Shown piece after piece: positions 8,798 through 17,768 of a stretch of 60,284 nucleotides of DNA (position 1 is its first letter; every line of letters starts with the position of its first letter). The DNA comes from Candidatus Izemoplasma sp. (GTDB lineage Bacteria; Bacillota_I; Bacilli_A; Izemoplasmatales; Izemoplasmataceae). The notes below the pieces were generated by a model that worked only from the letters and a program-made list of their open reading frames with translations, did not search any database and was not told the DNA's origin. The DNA is taken from contig SKIW01000026.1 in the NCBI GenBank assembly GCA_007116245.1, positions 1 to 60,284 of the forward strand, read 5' to 3'. A program made the position numbers and the translations under genes.

Positions 8798-9859
8798 ATG
8801 TATCCTTTATTAAAAATTAACTTGAATAAGTTTCAAGAAAATGTGGACAGTATCTCAAGACTTTGTGCGAGCCATCACATTTCTATAATGGCAGTTACAA
8901 AGGTTTTTTGTGCTGATAAAAAGCTGGTTGAAATTTTTAATAAATCAAATATTCAGTATATTGCAGATTCTAGATTAGATAATTTACGAGGAATTACAAC
9001 TGATAAAGAGAAAGTGTTATTAAGACTTCCATCACTTCACGAACTAGAAGATGTGGTTAAGATAGCGGATATATCATTGAATTCAGAGTTTGAAACAATA
9101 CGTAGAATTAATGAGACGGCCAAAAATCTTAATAAAAAGCACAAGGTTTTATTAATGATTGATATAGGCGATTTACGTGAAGGAATATACCATAAGGAAA
9201 ATATTGTAAACATTGTCAGAGATATACAAACATTTCAATATGTTGACTTAATCGGAATCGGAACTAATGTAACCTGTTATGGTGGAATAATCCCTAACAA
9301 AAATACACTTGGAAAGCTTATTGAAATTATTGAGTTAATCAAGCAAACAATGGATATTGATTTCACATTAATCTCCGGAGGTAATTCCTCACATATCCAT
9401 TTATTAAAAGATAACTATGCAATTCCTTATATTAACAATCTTCGCATTGGAGAAGCCTTTGCATTAGGACGTGAAACAGCGTATGGTGAAAATATTGAGA
9501 ATACACACCAAGATGTCTTTACGTTAGAAGCTGATTTGATCGAAATTAAGTTTAAGCCATCTATTCCAGAAGGTGAAATTGGAATGAATGCCTTTGGAGA
9601 AAGACCAACATTTGAAGATTTTGGGTTGATGAAAAGAGGAATACTTGCCATAGGAAGGCAAGATGTGGATTTCCATGAATTGATGCCATACGATAATCAG
9701 TTACGATTTGTGGGGAGTAGTAGCGATCATATTATAGTTGATTTAACGCACACGGATAAGGATTATGAAGTTGGTGATGTTATAAAATTTAAAGTCTCTT
9801 ATGGAAGTTTATTAAGTTTGATGACGTCTAAATATGTGAGGAAAGTATATGTTGAATAA
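8798..9859 (+). CDS. orr: Ornithine racemase (alanine-racemase-N fold, PLP)
   Basis: 353 aa. PLP-lysine context IMAVTKVF near the N-terminus, plus an alanine-racemase-like TIM barrel without the long Alr C-terminal domain. Position matches the ornithine cluster. Confidence 0.62.
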   Translation: MYPLLKINLNKFQENVDSISRLCASHHISIMAVTKVFCADKKLVEIFNKSNIQYIADSRLDNLRGITTDKEKVLLRLPSLHELEDVVKIADISLNSEFETIRRINETAKNLNKKHKVLLMIDIGDLREGIYHKENIVNIVRDIQTFQYVDLIGIGTNVTCYGGIIPNKNTLGKLIEIIELIKQTMDIDFTLISGGNSSHIHLLKDNYAIPYINNLRIGEAFALGRETAYGENIENTHQDVFTLEADLIEIKFKPSIPEGEIGMNAFGERPTFEDFGLMKRGILAIGRQDVDFHELMPYDNQLRFVGSSSDHIIVDLTHTDKDYEVGDVIKFKVSYGSLLSLMTSKYVRKVYVE

Positions 9860-10937
9860 CTACAGACCTACATGGGCAGAAATCAACTTAAACAACTTAA
9901 GAGATAATTTAAAAATAATAAACAAATCCGTTTCGAATAAAGAGATTATCCCTGTAGTTAAAGCAGATGCTTATGGACATGGAGCTTTAGAAGTTGTAAG
10001 CTATTTAATGACTCAAAATATCAGTTTGTTTGCTGTTAGTTTGTTAGAAGAAGCGCTTGAACTTCGTAATAGCTTTAAAAATATAGATATTTTAGTATTA
10101 GGGGCAATAGACTCAAAGCAGTTAGAACAAGCATCGATTAACAATTTAATTATTACAATTTATTCCTACGATTTTGGTTTAGAAGTTTTAAGAAGTTCTT
10201 ATCCTTTACGTACACATCTTAAAATAGATACTGGAATGAATCGTTTAGGACTTAAATCACTATCTGAAATAAATGAGCTAGTTACATCACTTCACGAAGA
10301 TTCTAAAGTTAAGTTAGAAGGTATATATACCCATTTTGCTACTTCTGATGATAATGAGATGTTTATGTATAGACAACTAGATAAGTTTAAAAGCATTTTA
10401 ATAAAGCTAAAAGAAAAACCTAAAATCATACACGTTTCAAATTCATCAGCTATTTTAAAGTACGAGAATACGTTTGATTTTACAACACATGCAAGACTGG
10501 GGATTTCTCTATACGGATTAAGCTTAGAAAAGAATATAGATGTATTAAAGCCAGTCATGACATTGAAAACTAAAATAGTTCAGTTTAAAAGATTAGAACC
10601 TGGCGAATGTGTAGGTTATGGTATAACATATACAGCAACAAAAAAAGAACGAATTGGTGTTATTCCAATTGGTTATGCAGATGGATTAATTAGAAAAAAT
10701 AACATAGGGCATGTGGAGATAAATGGGAATATCTATCCCTTTGTTGGTAGAATTTGTATGGATTATGCTTTTGTTGAAGTTGATGAAGATATAACGTACG
10801 ATGATGAAGTTATAATTATGGGTGGAAACATTGTCACAATAGACAAAGTCGCCGAAAGATTAGAGACCATTCCCTATGAGATAGTTTGTCAGGTATCTAA
10901 ACGCGTACCAAGGAAATACATTGGAAAGGATGAATAA
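9849..10937 (+). CDS. alr: Alanine racemase
   Basis: Classic motifs: IIPVVKADAYGHGA (PLP lysine), KIDTGMNRLG, THFATSD, SNSSA, GYGITY, GYADG, GRICMD. 362 aa. Confidence 0.88.
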   Translation: MLNNYRPTWAEINLNNLRDNLKIINKSVSNKEIIPVVKADAYGHGALEVVSYLMTQNISLFAVSLLEEALELRNSFKNIDILVLGAIDSKQLEQASINNLIITIYSYDFGLEVLRSSYPLRTHLKIDTGMNRLGLKSLSEINELVTSLHEDSKVKLEGIYTHFATSDDNEMFMYRQLDKFKSILIKLKEKPKIIHVSNSSAILKYENTFDFTTHARLGISLYGLSLEKNIDVLKPVMTLKTKIVQFKRLEPGECVGYGITYTATKKERIGVIPIGYADGLIRKNNIGHVEINGNIYPFVGRICMDYAFVEVDEDITYDDEVIIMGGNIVTIDKVAERLETIPYEIVCQVSKRVPRKYIGKDE

Positions 10938-10938
10938 T

Positions 10939-12156
10939 ATGAAGTTGAACGTATACTCTGAAATTGGAAAACTTAAAACGGTTTTACTCCATAGACCAGG
11001 TAAAGAACTGGAAAACTTAACACCAAACATTTTAGAAAAACTACTTTTTGATGATATACCTTATCTTAAGGTTGCTCAAGAAGAACATGATGCCTTTGCG
11101 AATACTCTTCGACAAGAAGGTGTAGAAGTACTTTATATCACTGACATGATTACAGAAACACTGGAGGAAAATCCGGATATAATTAACGAGTTTATAAATC
11201 GTTTTATCGAAGAAGCTAGTGTAAAATCTAAGACAGTTAAACAAGGGTTACTCGAGTACTTATCAGGGCTATCCATTGAAAAAATGATTCAAAAAATGAT
11301 TGAAGGCATTCGGACACATGATTTTAAGATTAGTAAGCGTCAATCAGTCATTGACATGTTAGAAGATGAATACCCATTTTATACTGATCCTATGCCAAAT
11401 ATTCTCTTCCAAAGAGATCCATTTGCCACGATTGGAAAAGGCGTTTCTATTCACAAAATGTACACTGACACACGTCAAAGAGAAACGATTTTTTGCGACT
11501 ACATGTTTAAATATCATTCAAGATTTAGAGATTCTGATATTCCTAAATACTATCAACGTGATTTTAGATATCATCTTGAAGGTGGCGATATATTGGTTTT
11601 AAACTCAAAAACTTTAGCAGTAGGCATCTCTAAAAGAACTGATCCTAGAGCAATTGAGCACTTAGCAGAAAATATCTTTGCAACAGATGAAAAATTCGAT
11701 ACTATTTTAGCGTTCAATATACCTAAAACGCGCGCTTTTATGCACTTGGATACTGTATTTACACAGATAGATTATAATCGTTTTACGATTCATCCTGGCA
11801 TTATGAAAGAATTAACTATCTTTGAATTAACCAAATCTAATGGAAACATCAAAATGAAGAAGATTGTAACATCTTTGCAAGATATCTTAGAGAAGCATTT
11901 GAACACTAAAATAGAACTAATACACTGTGGTGGAAATGATGTTGTCCATAGTGAACGTGAACAATGGAATGATGGCGCAAATACTTTAGCTGTAGAACCA
12001 GGAAAAATAATTGTGTACTCTAGAAACCATATAACGAACGGGATATTGAAGTCTAAAGGCATTAAGGTATTAGAAATCCCTTCTAGTGAACTTTCAAGAG
12101 GACGTGGTGGTCCTCGTTGTATGAGTATGCCATTATATAGAGAAGATATAGAATAA
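10939..12156 (+). CDS. arcA: Arginine deiminase
   Basis: [35 protein letters not shown], and a C-terminal [10 protein letters not shown] containing the catalytic Cys. ATG at 10939 follows GGAAAGGA and lies 1 nt after the alr stop. Confidence 0.92.
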   Translation: MKLNVYSEIGKLKTVLLHRPGKELENLTPNILEKLLFDDIPYLKVAQEEHDAFANTLRQEGVEVLYITDMITETLEENPDIINEFINRFIEEASVKSKTVKQGLLEYLSGLSIEKMIQKMIEGIRTHDFKISKRQSVIDMLEDEYPFYTDPMPNILFQRDPFATIGKGVSIHKMYTDTRQRETIFCDYMFKYHSRFRDSDIPKYYQRDFRYHLEGGDILVLNSKTLAVGISKRTDPRAIEHLAENIFATDEKFDTILAFNIPKTRAFMHLDTVFTQIDYNRFTIHPGIMKELTIFELTKSNGNIKMKKIVTSLQDILEKHLNTKIELIHCGGNDVVHSEREQWNDGANTLAVEPGKIIVYSRNHITNGILKSKGIKVLEIPSSELSRGRGGPRCMSMPLYREDIE

Positions 12157-12166
12157 GGAGGACTGT

Positions 12167-13186
12167 ATGAACTTAAAAGGAAGAAACTTTGTAACACTAC
12201 TCGACTTCACACCCGAGGAAATCAACTACCTACTAAATTTATCTGAAAAACTGAAAAATGAGAAAAGAGAAAGGGTATCACATCGACATTTAGAGGGAAA
12301 AAACATCGTTTTGTTATTTCAAAAAGACTCTACAAGAACCCGTTGTGCGTTTGAAGTTGGTGCGATGGATCTTGGCATGGGTGTAACCTATTTAGGACCT
12401 AGCGGCTCACAAATGGGTAAAAAAGAATCTATAAAAGATACCGCTAGAGTATTAGGGCGTATGTATGATGGTATTCAGTTTAGAGGATATTTACACACTG
12501 ATGTTGAACAGCTAGCAGAATATGCAGGCGTACCGGTTTGGAACGGTTTAACTGATATGTATCATCCAACTCAAATTCTAGCAGATTTTTTAACGATTAA
12601 AGAAGAGTTCGGTAAGTTAAAGGGTATAAAGTTCACCTACATTGGTGATGCAAGAAATAATATGGGGAATAGCTTAATGATTGGAAGTGCTAAGTTAGGA
12701 ATTCATTTCACTGCAGTAGCCCCTAAAGAGCTTTGGCCAGAGCAATCGCTTATTGATCATTGTAAAGAAATAGCTAAAGAAACAGGAGCGACTATTTCTT
12801 TAACTGAAGATAAATTCGAAGGAACACATGAAACAGATGTCATCTACACTGATGTTTGGGTATCAATGGGAGAACCCAAAGATGTTTGGCATGCTAGAAT
12901 TAAGCAGTTATCTGATTATCAGGTAGATGATAGTTTAATGAAAAACGCTAAAAAAGATGCAATTTTTATGCATTGTTTACCAGCCTTTCATGGTATAGAT
13001 ACAGAAGTAGGAATGCAAATTGCTAATGAGTTTCAACATGAGTATCCAAGAGTAAAAAATGGAGAAATGGAAGTTACTGACGAAGTCATAGAATCGTCAC
13101 AAAGTCGCGTATTTCAAGAAGCGGAGAATCGCATGCACACTATAAAAGCGGTTATGCTTGCAACTATGAGCGATTCTTATGAGTAG
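12167..13186 (+). CDS. arcB: Ornithine carbamoyltransferase (catabolic by context)
   Basis: [25 protein letters not shown] motifs. 339 aa. Lies between arcA and arcC. Confidence 0.92.
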   Translation: MNLKGRNFVTLLDFTPEEINYLLNLSEKLKNEKRERVSHRHLEGKNIVLLFQKDSTRTRCAFEVGAMDLGMGVTYLGPSGSQMGKKESIKDTARVLGRMYDGIQFRGYLHTDVEQLAEYAGVPVWNGLTDMYHPTQILADFLTIKEEFGKLKGIKFTYIGDARNNMGNSLMIGSAKLGIHFTAVAPKELWPEQSLIDHCKEIAKETGATISLTEDKFEGTHETDVIYTDVWVSMGEPKDVWHARIKQLSDYQVDDSLMKNAKKDAIFMHCLPAFHGIDTEVGMQIANEFQHEYPRVKNGEMEVTDEVIESSQSRVFQEAENRMHTIKAVMLATMSDSYE

Positions 13187-14096
13187 GTATGTTATAAGTT
13201 TAGGTGGAAATGCTTTAGGTAACAATGCTGAGGAGCAAAAAGCACTACTAAAAAAGGTTGCAAAACCGATTGTTGAACTGATTGCGAAAAATCACGAAGT
13301 AATAATCGTTCATGGTAATGGACCTCAAGTGGGAATGATAAATCTCGCTTTTAACGAATCTCAAAGCACACCAGATATGCCATTTCCCGAGTGTGGCTCT
13401 ATGAGCCAAGGATATATCGGATTTCACCTTCAAAACGCAATTAAAAATGAGTTGAGTCATCGAAATCTACATAAAGAAGTCGCCGCATTAATTACACAAG
13501 TTGTTGTAGATGAATCTGATCAAGCGTTTGATAATCCATCAAAACCAATAGGTGCATTTTACGACGAACTTACAGCACAAAGTTTAACTAAAGAAAAAGG
13601 GTATTTAATGAAAGAGGATAGTGGACGGGGTTATAGACGCGTTGTACCATCTCCTAAACCGATTGATGTCGTTGAAAAAAACATGATTCAAACTTTGCTA
13701 AAAGATAATCATGTTGTTATTTGTGCTGGTGGTGGAGGGATTCCGGTTATATTAAACAACGATTCATTAGAAGGCATTCCTGCCGTAATCGATAAAGACT
13801 TTGCAAGCGCAAAGGTTGCAGAACTAGTTAAAGCAGATTATCTTGTTATTCTTACGGCTGTAGATTATGTTTTTGTTAATTTCAATAAACCAAATCAAAA
13901 AGCTTTAAAAGATATTAGTATTAAAGAACTACAAGAATATATAGATCAAGGGCAGTTTGCACAAGGCAGCATGTTACCTAAAGTACAAGCATGTATAGAT
14001 TTTGTAAAGAGAACGAAAGGTAAAGCTATAATATCTTCTTTAGACAGTGCATTGGAAGCTTTCGACTTTATAAAAGGTACTATAGTTTTTAATTAA
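13179..14096 (+). CDS. arcC: Carbamate kinase
   Basis: [30 protein letters not shown] motifs. 305 aa. Overlaps arcB by 8 nt. Confidence 0.92.
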   Translation: MSRYVISLGGNALGNNAEEQKALLKKVAKPIVELIAKNHEVIIVHGNGPQVGMINLAFNESQSTPDMPFPECGSMSQGYIGFHLQNAIKNELSHRNLHKEVAALITQVVVDESDQAFDNPSKPIGAFYDELTAQSLTKEKGYLMKEDSGRGYRRVVPSPKPIDVVEKNMIQTLLKDNHVVICAGGGGIPVILNNDSLEGIPAVIDKDFASAKVAELVKADYLVILTAVDYVFVNFNKPNQKALKDISIKELQEYIDQGQFAQGSMLPKVQACIDFVKRTKGKAIISSLDSALEAFDFIKGTIVFN

Positions 14097-14114
14097 CAAT
14101 ATTAATAATACATT

Positions 14115-14150
14115 AAAAAACAGACACCAATCTGAAAGTGTCTGTTTTAT
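14115..14150. terminator. Bidirectional intrinsic terminator between convergent arcC and the ABC permease
   Basis: ACAGACAC (14120-14127) pairs with GTGTCTGT (14138-14145). An A-run lies upstream and a T-run downstream, so it reads as a terminator on both strands. Confidence 0.65.
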
Positions 14151-14878
14151 TTCTGTAGATTTTTATTCAAATGATTTACGCCAAATTCTATGATACTGAC
14201 AATGAATATAATTATTATTGTCCAAGCAAAGACTTGCTCATATTGTATATTAACACGTCCTAAATATAACGCTCTACCTATACTAATTGGAGATTGCGCG
14301 ATAAACTCGGCCATCACTAACACTTTAAATCCTATACCAATGCTTTGTAATAATCCGGTTTTAATAAAGGGATAAGATAACGGTAAATATATATTTCGAA
14401 TCTCATACACCATTCGTCGTCTCTCTAAAGTTAATGCTTCAAGTAAGGTGCTATCTATATTTAGAACACCTTGACGAGTTGCTTCGTATAGTATAGGGAA
14501 AAGCATTAAAAAAGAAATGATATAAAGTGATAAAGACTGACCATATAATATTAAAATAACAACTATAACACTCGCAACAGGTAACGTTCTTAAACTTGTT
14601 ACAACCGGTGAAAAAAAATCCGAGATAGCTGGCTTAATACCTGCTAATAATCCCAGTAAAACACCGAATAAACTTGCTAAAAAGATTGCCGTGATTAGGC
14701 GTTGAAAAGACGCGAATATTATTTGATAAGTGGTAAAAGAGCCTAATAAAGAAAGAAGTGTAATAAAAACATCCTTAGGAAAAGGAAACAAATAGGCGTT
14801 CCCAATTCTTACAGCATTCAACTGCCAAAGGAATAGAATAAAAAGAATCGCACTAGAACCTAATAATAGTTTACGCAT
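14147..14878 (-). CDS. ABC transporter permease, NitT/TauT (SsuC/TauC/ThiX-like) family
   Basis: 243 aa, about 6 hydrophobic segments, cytoplasmic-loop EAA-like region LEALTLERRRMVYEIRNIYLPLSYPFIKTGL typical of this family. Confidence 0.72.
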   Translation of the reverse strand: MRKLLLGSSAILFILFLWQLNAVRIGNAYLFPFPKDVFITLLSLLGSFTTYQIIFASFQRLITAIFLASLFGVLLGLLAGIKPAISDFFSPVVTSLRTLPVASVIVVILILYGQSLSLYIISFLMLFPILYEATRQGVLNIDSTLLEALTLERRRMVYEIRNIYLPLSYPFIKTGLLQSIGIGFKVLVMAEFIAQSPISIGRALYLGRVNIQYEQVFAWTIIIIFIVSIIEFGVNHLNKNLQK

Positions 14879-15816
14879 TATTCTTCGGGAGTATAATAAA
14901 AGCTGTCATCAGGGAGTTTATTGTTTATAAGATTTCCCTGTAAATCAAGGATGTATTGAAAATAAATCTCTAGTGACTCTTTCGATTCTAATGCACTTAA
15001 AAAACGTATATTACTTCTTGGGATAGCGGATCTTAAAACAGGTTCAGGAAAAGGATAGCCTAAACTAACAGCATACTGAGCAATGTTATTAGGATTACTC
15101 TGCAAGTAATCGATACCAATTTCTAGCTGCTCCAAATATGCATTAACGACAGATTTGGCTAAATCTTTATGTACAAAAACACCGGCTTGAGGATACGATT
15201 GCATACCAGTAAGCACTTCCCATTCTTCTTGGAGGTCGATAATATTTAACTCTCCTAAATTGACTTGCGCAATACTCAGGATTGGTTCAGCTAATAAAAC
15301 AACTCTATTGTTATCTTCGAGCAACTCAGCAAGCGCGGTTTGTACAGAGTCTACATAACGAATTATCGGAGCTAAGTCAAAATCATAGTTATTCAAGATT
15401 GATCTTAAAACAATATCGGGAGTTGCATTTTGTCCGAAGGCTACAATCTCTTTACCTTCTAAATCACTTAAATTACTTAAAGATGATTTAGAAACTAAAT
15501 AGCTATTCCCCCAGTTAATCGTTGCAGCAAATACATAAGGTACTCCTGTATCAATCAATCTAGCGCCAAGATTAGTTGGCGCGAAAATTATATCATGTGA
15601 AGCACTTCCGAAAGCAGCAATTAATGGCTCGGCACCAGCAATAATATCAATTTCATAGTTCACGTTTTCAATAGTAGGGGCATAGTACTCAATATAAACC
15701 TGTGATAAACTAGGACTACCATTAGGGGCTATAATTTTAATGTCAGTATCCTCGTCTAGACGACATGCAGATACAATGAAAACCAAAAATAAGATTAAAA
15801 CACCATTTTTTTTCAT
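14878..15816 (-). CDS. ABC transporter substrate-binding lipoprotein
   Basis: I prefer the start at 15816 (MKKNGVLILFLVFIVSAC), which follows GGAGGTGC and carries a lipobox (VSAC). Its stop overlaps the permease start. The ligand cannot be read from the sequence. Confidence 0.62.
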   Translation of the reverse strand: MKKNGVLILFLVFIVSACRLDEDTDIKIIAPNGSPSLSQVYIEYYAPTIENVNYEIDIIAGAEPLIAAFGSASHDIIFAPTNLGARLIDTGVPYVFAATINWGNSYLVSKSSLSNLSDLEGKEIVAFGQNATPDIVLRSILNNYDFDLAPIIRYVDSVQTALAELLEDNNRVVLLAEPILSIAQVNLGELNIIDLQEEWEVLTGMQSYPQAGVFVHKDLAKSVVNAYLEQLEIGIDYLQSNPNNIAQYAVSLGYPFPEPVLRSAIPRSNIRFLSALESKESLEIYFQYILDLQGNLINNKLPDDSFYYTPEE

Positions 15817-15868
15817 AAAAAAAGCACCTCCATTAAATATAATGATATAATAAGCATGATAACTATTA

Positions 15869-15884
15869 TGTAACATAAGTTACA
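15869..15884. promoter_or_regulatory. Perfect 16-bp palindrome TGTAACATAAGTTACA, candidate Crp/Fnr-type operator
   Basis: TGTAA-N6-TTACA geometry, the same half-site spacing as Crp/Fnr boxes. It lies in the 80-bp divergent region between the binding-protein gene and the Crp/Fnr gene, 13 nt before the latter's ATG. Confidence 0.35.
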
Positions 15885-15896
15885 CTAGGAGGAATT

Positions 15897-16496
15897 ATGA
15901 CCTTATTTGAAAAGATGTTAAGTAATGACTACAAAATACACAGATATAACTATAACGAGAGTAAAATTGTATTTCATGAAAAAGACTATTGTGATAAGTT
16001 AGGATTTGTATTAGAGGGAGAACTTAAATTAGTACATTATTCATATGAAGGCAAAGCGATAATCCTCGGGGCTTTAAAAAAAGGAGATTTTTTTGGAGAT
16101 TTTTTAATATTCTCATCGCATCCCTATTATCCAGGAGATCTCATTAGCGTTACGAAAACCAAAATAGCAATGATAAAAAGAGATGATTTAATAAAATATT
16201 TACAAGAAGACAGTAAACTTCAAGAGTTCTATCTTCAACAGCTTTCCGAGAAAGCATTAACACTAAACATGCACAATAAACTATTGGGACTTCCTACATT
16301 AAGAGAGCGGATTATTCTTTATTTAGAAAATTATTCTACTAAAACAGAAAAAAAGAAAGTATATACACCTTCAAAAACCGATTTAGCTATGTACTTAAAT
16401 GTACAAAGACCATCATTATCGAGAGAACTTAAAAACATGAAGGACGAAGGAATTATTGACTATGATCGTAATTATATATGGTTTTTAAATCCTTAA
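15897..16496 (+). CDS. Crp/Fnr-family transcriptional regulator
   Basis: N-terminal cNMP-binding beta-roll (LKKGDFFGDFLIF) and C-terminal HTH (SKTDLAMYLNVQRPSLSRELKNMKDEGII). 199 aa. Confidence 0.78.
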   Translation: MTLFEKMLSNDYKIHRYNYNESKIVFHEKDYCDKLGFVLEGELKLVHYSYEGKAIILGALKKGDFFGDFLIFSSHPYYPGDLISVTKTKIAMIKRDDLIKYLQEDSKLQEFYLQQLSEKALTLNMHNKLLGLPTLRERIILYLENYSTKTEKKKVYTPSKTDLAMYLNVQRPSLSRELKNMKDEGIIDYDRNYIWFLNP

Positions 16497-16544
16497 TTAG
16501 CATTAAATATAGCCAAGGAATGACGATTCATAAAAAAACATGAA

Positions 16545-16571
16545 AAAGACTTGCATTACGTCTTTTTTTTT
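16545..16571 (+). terminator. Putative intrinsic terminator after the Crp/Fnr gene
   Basis: AAAGAC / GTCTTT stem with a 9-nt loop, followed by a T9 run. The stem is AT-rich. Confidence 0.4.
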
Positions 16572-16598
16572 GATAACATATCATAGACTCGCTATAGA
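16570..16598 (+). promoter_or_regulatory. Putative sigma-A promoter of the S10 operon
   Basis: TTGATA (16570-16575), 17-nt spacer, TATAGA (16593-16598). Confidence 0.4.
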
Positions 16599-16718
16599 GT
16601 CGGGCTGTGAAGTGGGAGGTTGCTGACACACCTAAAGGCGTTGTCTTGGTTAGGTGGATTGGTTAATTTCCATGGAGCAAGTCTATACAATGAATGTAGG
16701 CGAAAGGAGGAACTTATA
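16599..16718 (+). promoter_or_regulatory. ~120-nt 5' leader of rpsJ containing a hairpin (possible autoregulatory leader)
   Basis: CACCTAA (16629-16635) pairs with TTAGGTG (16650-16656). The leader is G-rich compared with its surroundings. I recognise no known leader family with certainty. Confidence 0.25.
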
Positions 16719-17024
16719 ATGGCTAATCAAAAGATTAGAATTCGTTTGAAATCATACGACCATAGACTTCTTGATCAATCAGCAAAAAAGATTGTTGATA
16801 CAGCAAAGAAAACAGGCTCAGTGATTTCAGGTCCGATTCCATTACCAACTGAAAGAGAGGTGTTTACGATTTTGCGAAGTGTTCATGTTAATAAAACATC
16901 ACGTGAACAGTTTGAAAGACGTACGCACAAAAGGTTAATTGACATCATGAATCCGACACCACAAACAATTGACGCTCTTATGCATTTGGATTTACCATCT
17001 GGTGTAGATATCATATTAAAATAA
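16719..17024 (+). CDS. rpsJ: 30S ribosomal protein S10
   Basis: [21 protein letters not shown]... after AAAGGAGG. The ORF-track start at 16620 (TTG) is upstream leader read-through. Confidence 0.96.
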   Translation: MANQKIRIRLKSYDHRLLDQSAKKIVDTAKKTGSVISGPIPLPTEREVFTILRSVHVNKTSREQFERRTHKRLIDIMNPTPQTIDALMHLDLPSGVDIILK

Positions 17025-17048
17025 AAAAATTAAATAGGAGGTGTACTC

Positions 17049-17747
17049 ATGGCCAAAGGTATCTTAGGAACAAAAATAGGAATGACTCAAATATTCAATG
17101 AAGAGGGAAAATTAGTCCCAGTAACCATTGTTAGTTGTGAACCTAATGTTGTTCTACAAAAGAAAACCATTGAAAACGATGGTTATGAAGCTATTCAATT
17201 AGGCTTCAAAGACAAACGTGCTAATTTAGCGAACAAACCAGAAATGGGCCATTTCGCAAAAGCCGACTCTAACCCTAAGCGCTACGTTAAAGAGATTGCA
17301 GGTCAAGAATTAAGCAATTTCGAAGTGGGTCAGGAGATCAAAGTTAATATATTTGAAGAGGGAGAAGTCGTAGACGTAACCGGTACTTCAAAAGGAAAAG
17401 GATTCCAAGGGGTTATTAAACGACATAACCAATCGCGCGGTCCAATGTCGCATGGTTCTAGATATCATAGAGGACCTGGTTCAATGGGACCAATCGATCC
17501 AAACCATGTAAGAAAAGGGAAGAAACTTCCTGGACATATGGGAGCAGAAACAGTAACAATTCAAAACCTTGAGATTGTTAAAGTCGACGAAGAAAGAAAT
17601 TTATTATTAATTAAAGGAAATGTCCCTGGACCAAAACGCGGTTTAGTTGTTGTGAAACGCGCTGTTAAAACACCGGGTATTGAACCTTTAGATCCAAAAC
17701 AATATACAACGCAACAAAATAACAGCTCGGAAGAGTCTGCAGAATAG
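17049..17747 (+). CDS. rplC: 50S ribosomal protein L3
   Basis: [16 protein letters not shown]..., FQGVIKRHN. 232 aa, with a ~24-aa polar/acidic C-terminal tail. Confidence 0.96.
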   Translation: MAKGILGTKIGMTQIFNEEGKLVPVTIVSCEPNVVLQKKTIENDGYEAIQLGFKDKRANLANKPEMGHFAKADSNPKRYVKEIAGQELSNFEVGQEIKVNIFEEGEVVDVTGTSKGKGFQGVIKRHNQSRGPMSHGSRYHRGPGSMGPIDPNHVRKGKKLPGHMGAETVTIQNLEIVKVDEERNLLLIKGNVPGPKRGLVVVKRAVKTPGIEPLDPKQYTTQQNNSSEESAE

Positions 17748-17768
17748 TACTTGAAAGGAGGATTTGAA

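Noticed and set aside
11790-12197. 135-aa minus-strand ORF antisense to arcA.
   Set aside because: It lies entirely inside a well-supported + strand gene, has no SD, and its low-complexity composition is typical of antisense frames in AT-rich coding DNA.
16620-16718. N-terminal extension of the rpsJ ORF from a TTG at 16620 (ORF-track call 16620..17024).
   Set aside because: The canonical S10 N-terminus [11 protein letters not shown] starts at the ATG at 16719, directly after AAAGGAGG. The upstream part is leader sequence. Similar over-extended track starts were trimmed for ortB (3414), arcA (10921), the binding protein (15876), rplD (17751), rpsN (23007), rplR (24233), infA (28419), tmk (38588), rsmI (41674), csp (47129), cysS (47449), rplK (51845) and rplJ (53143).
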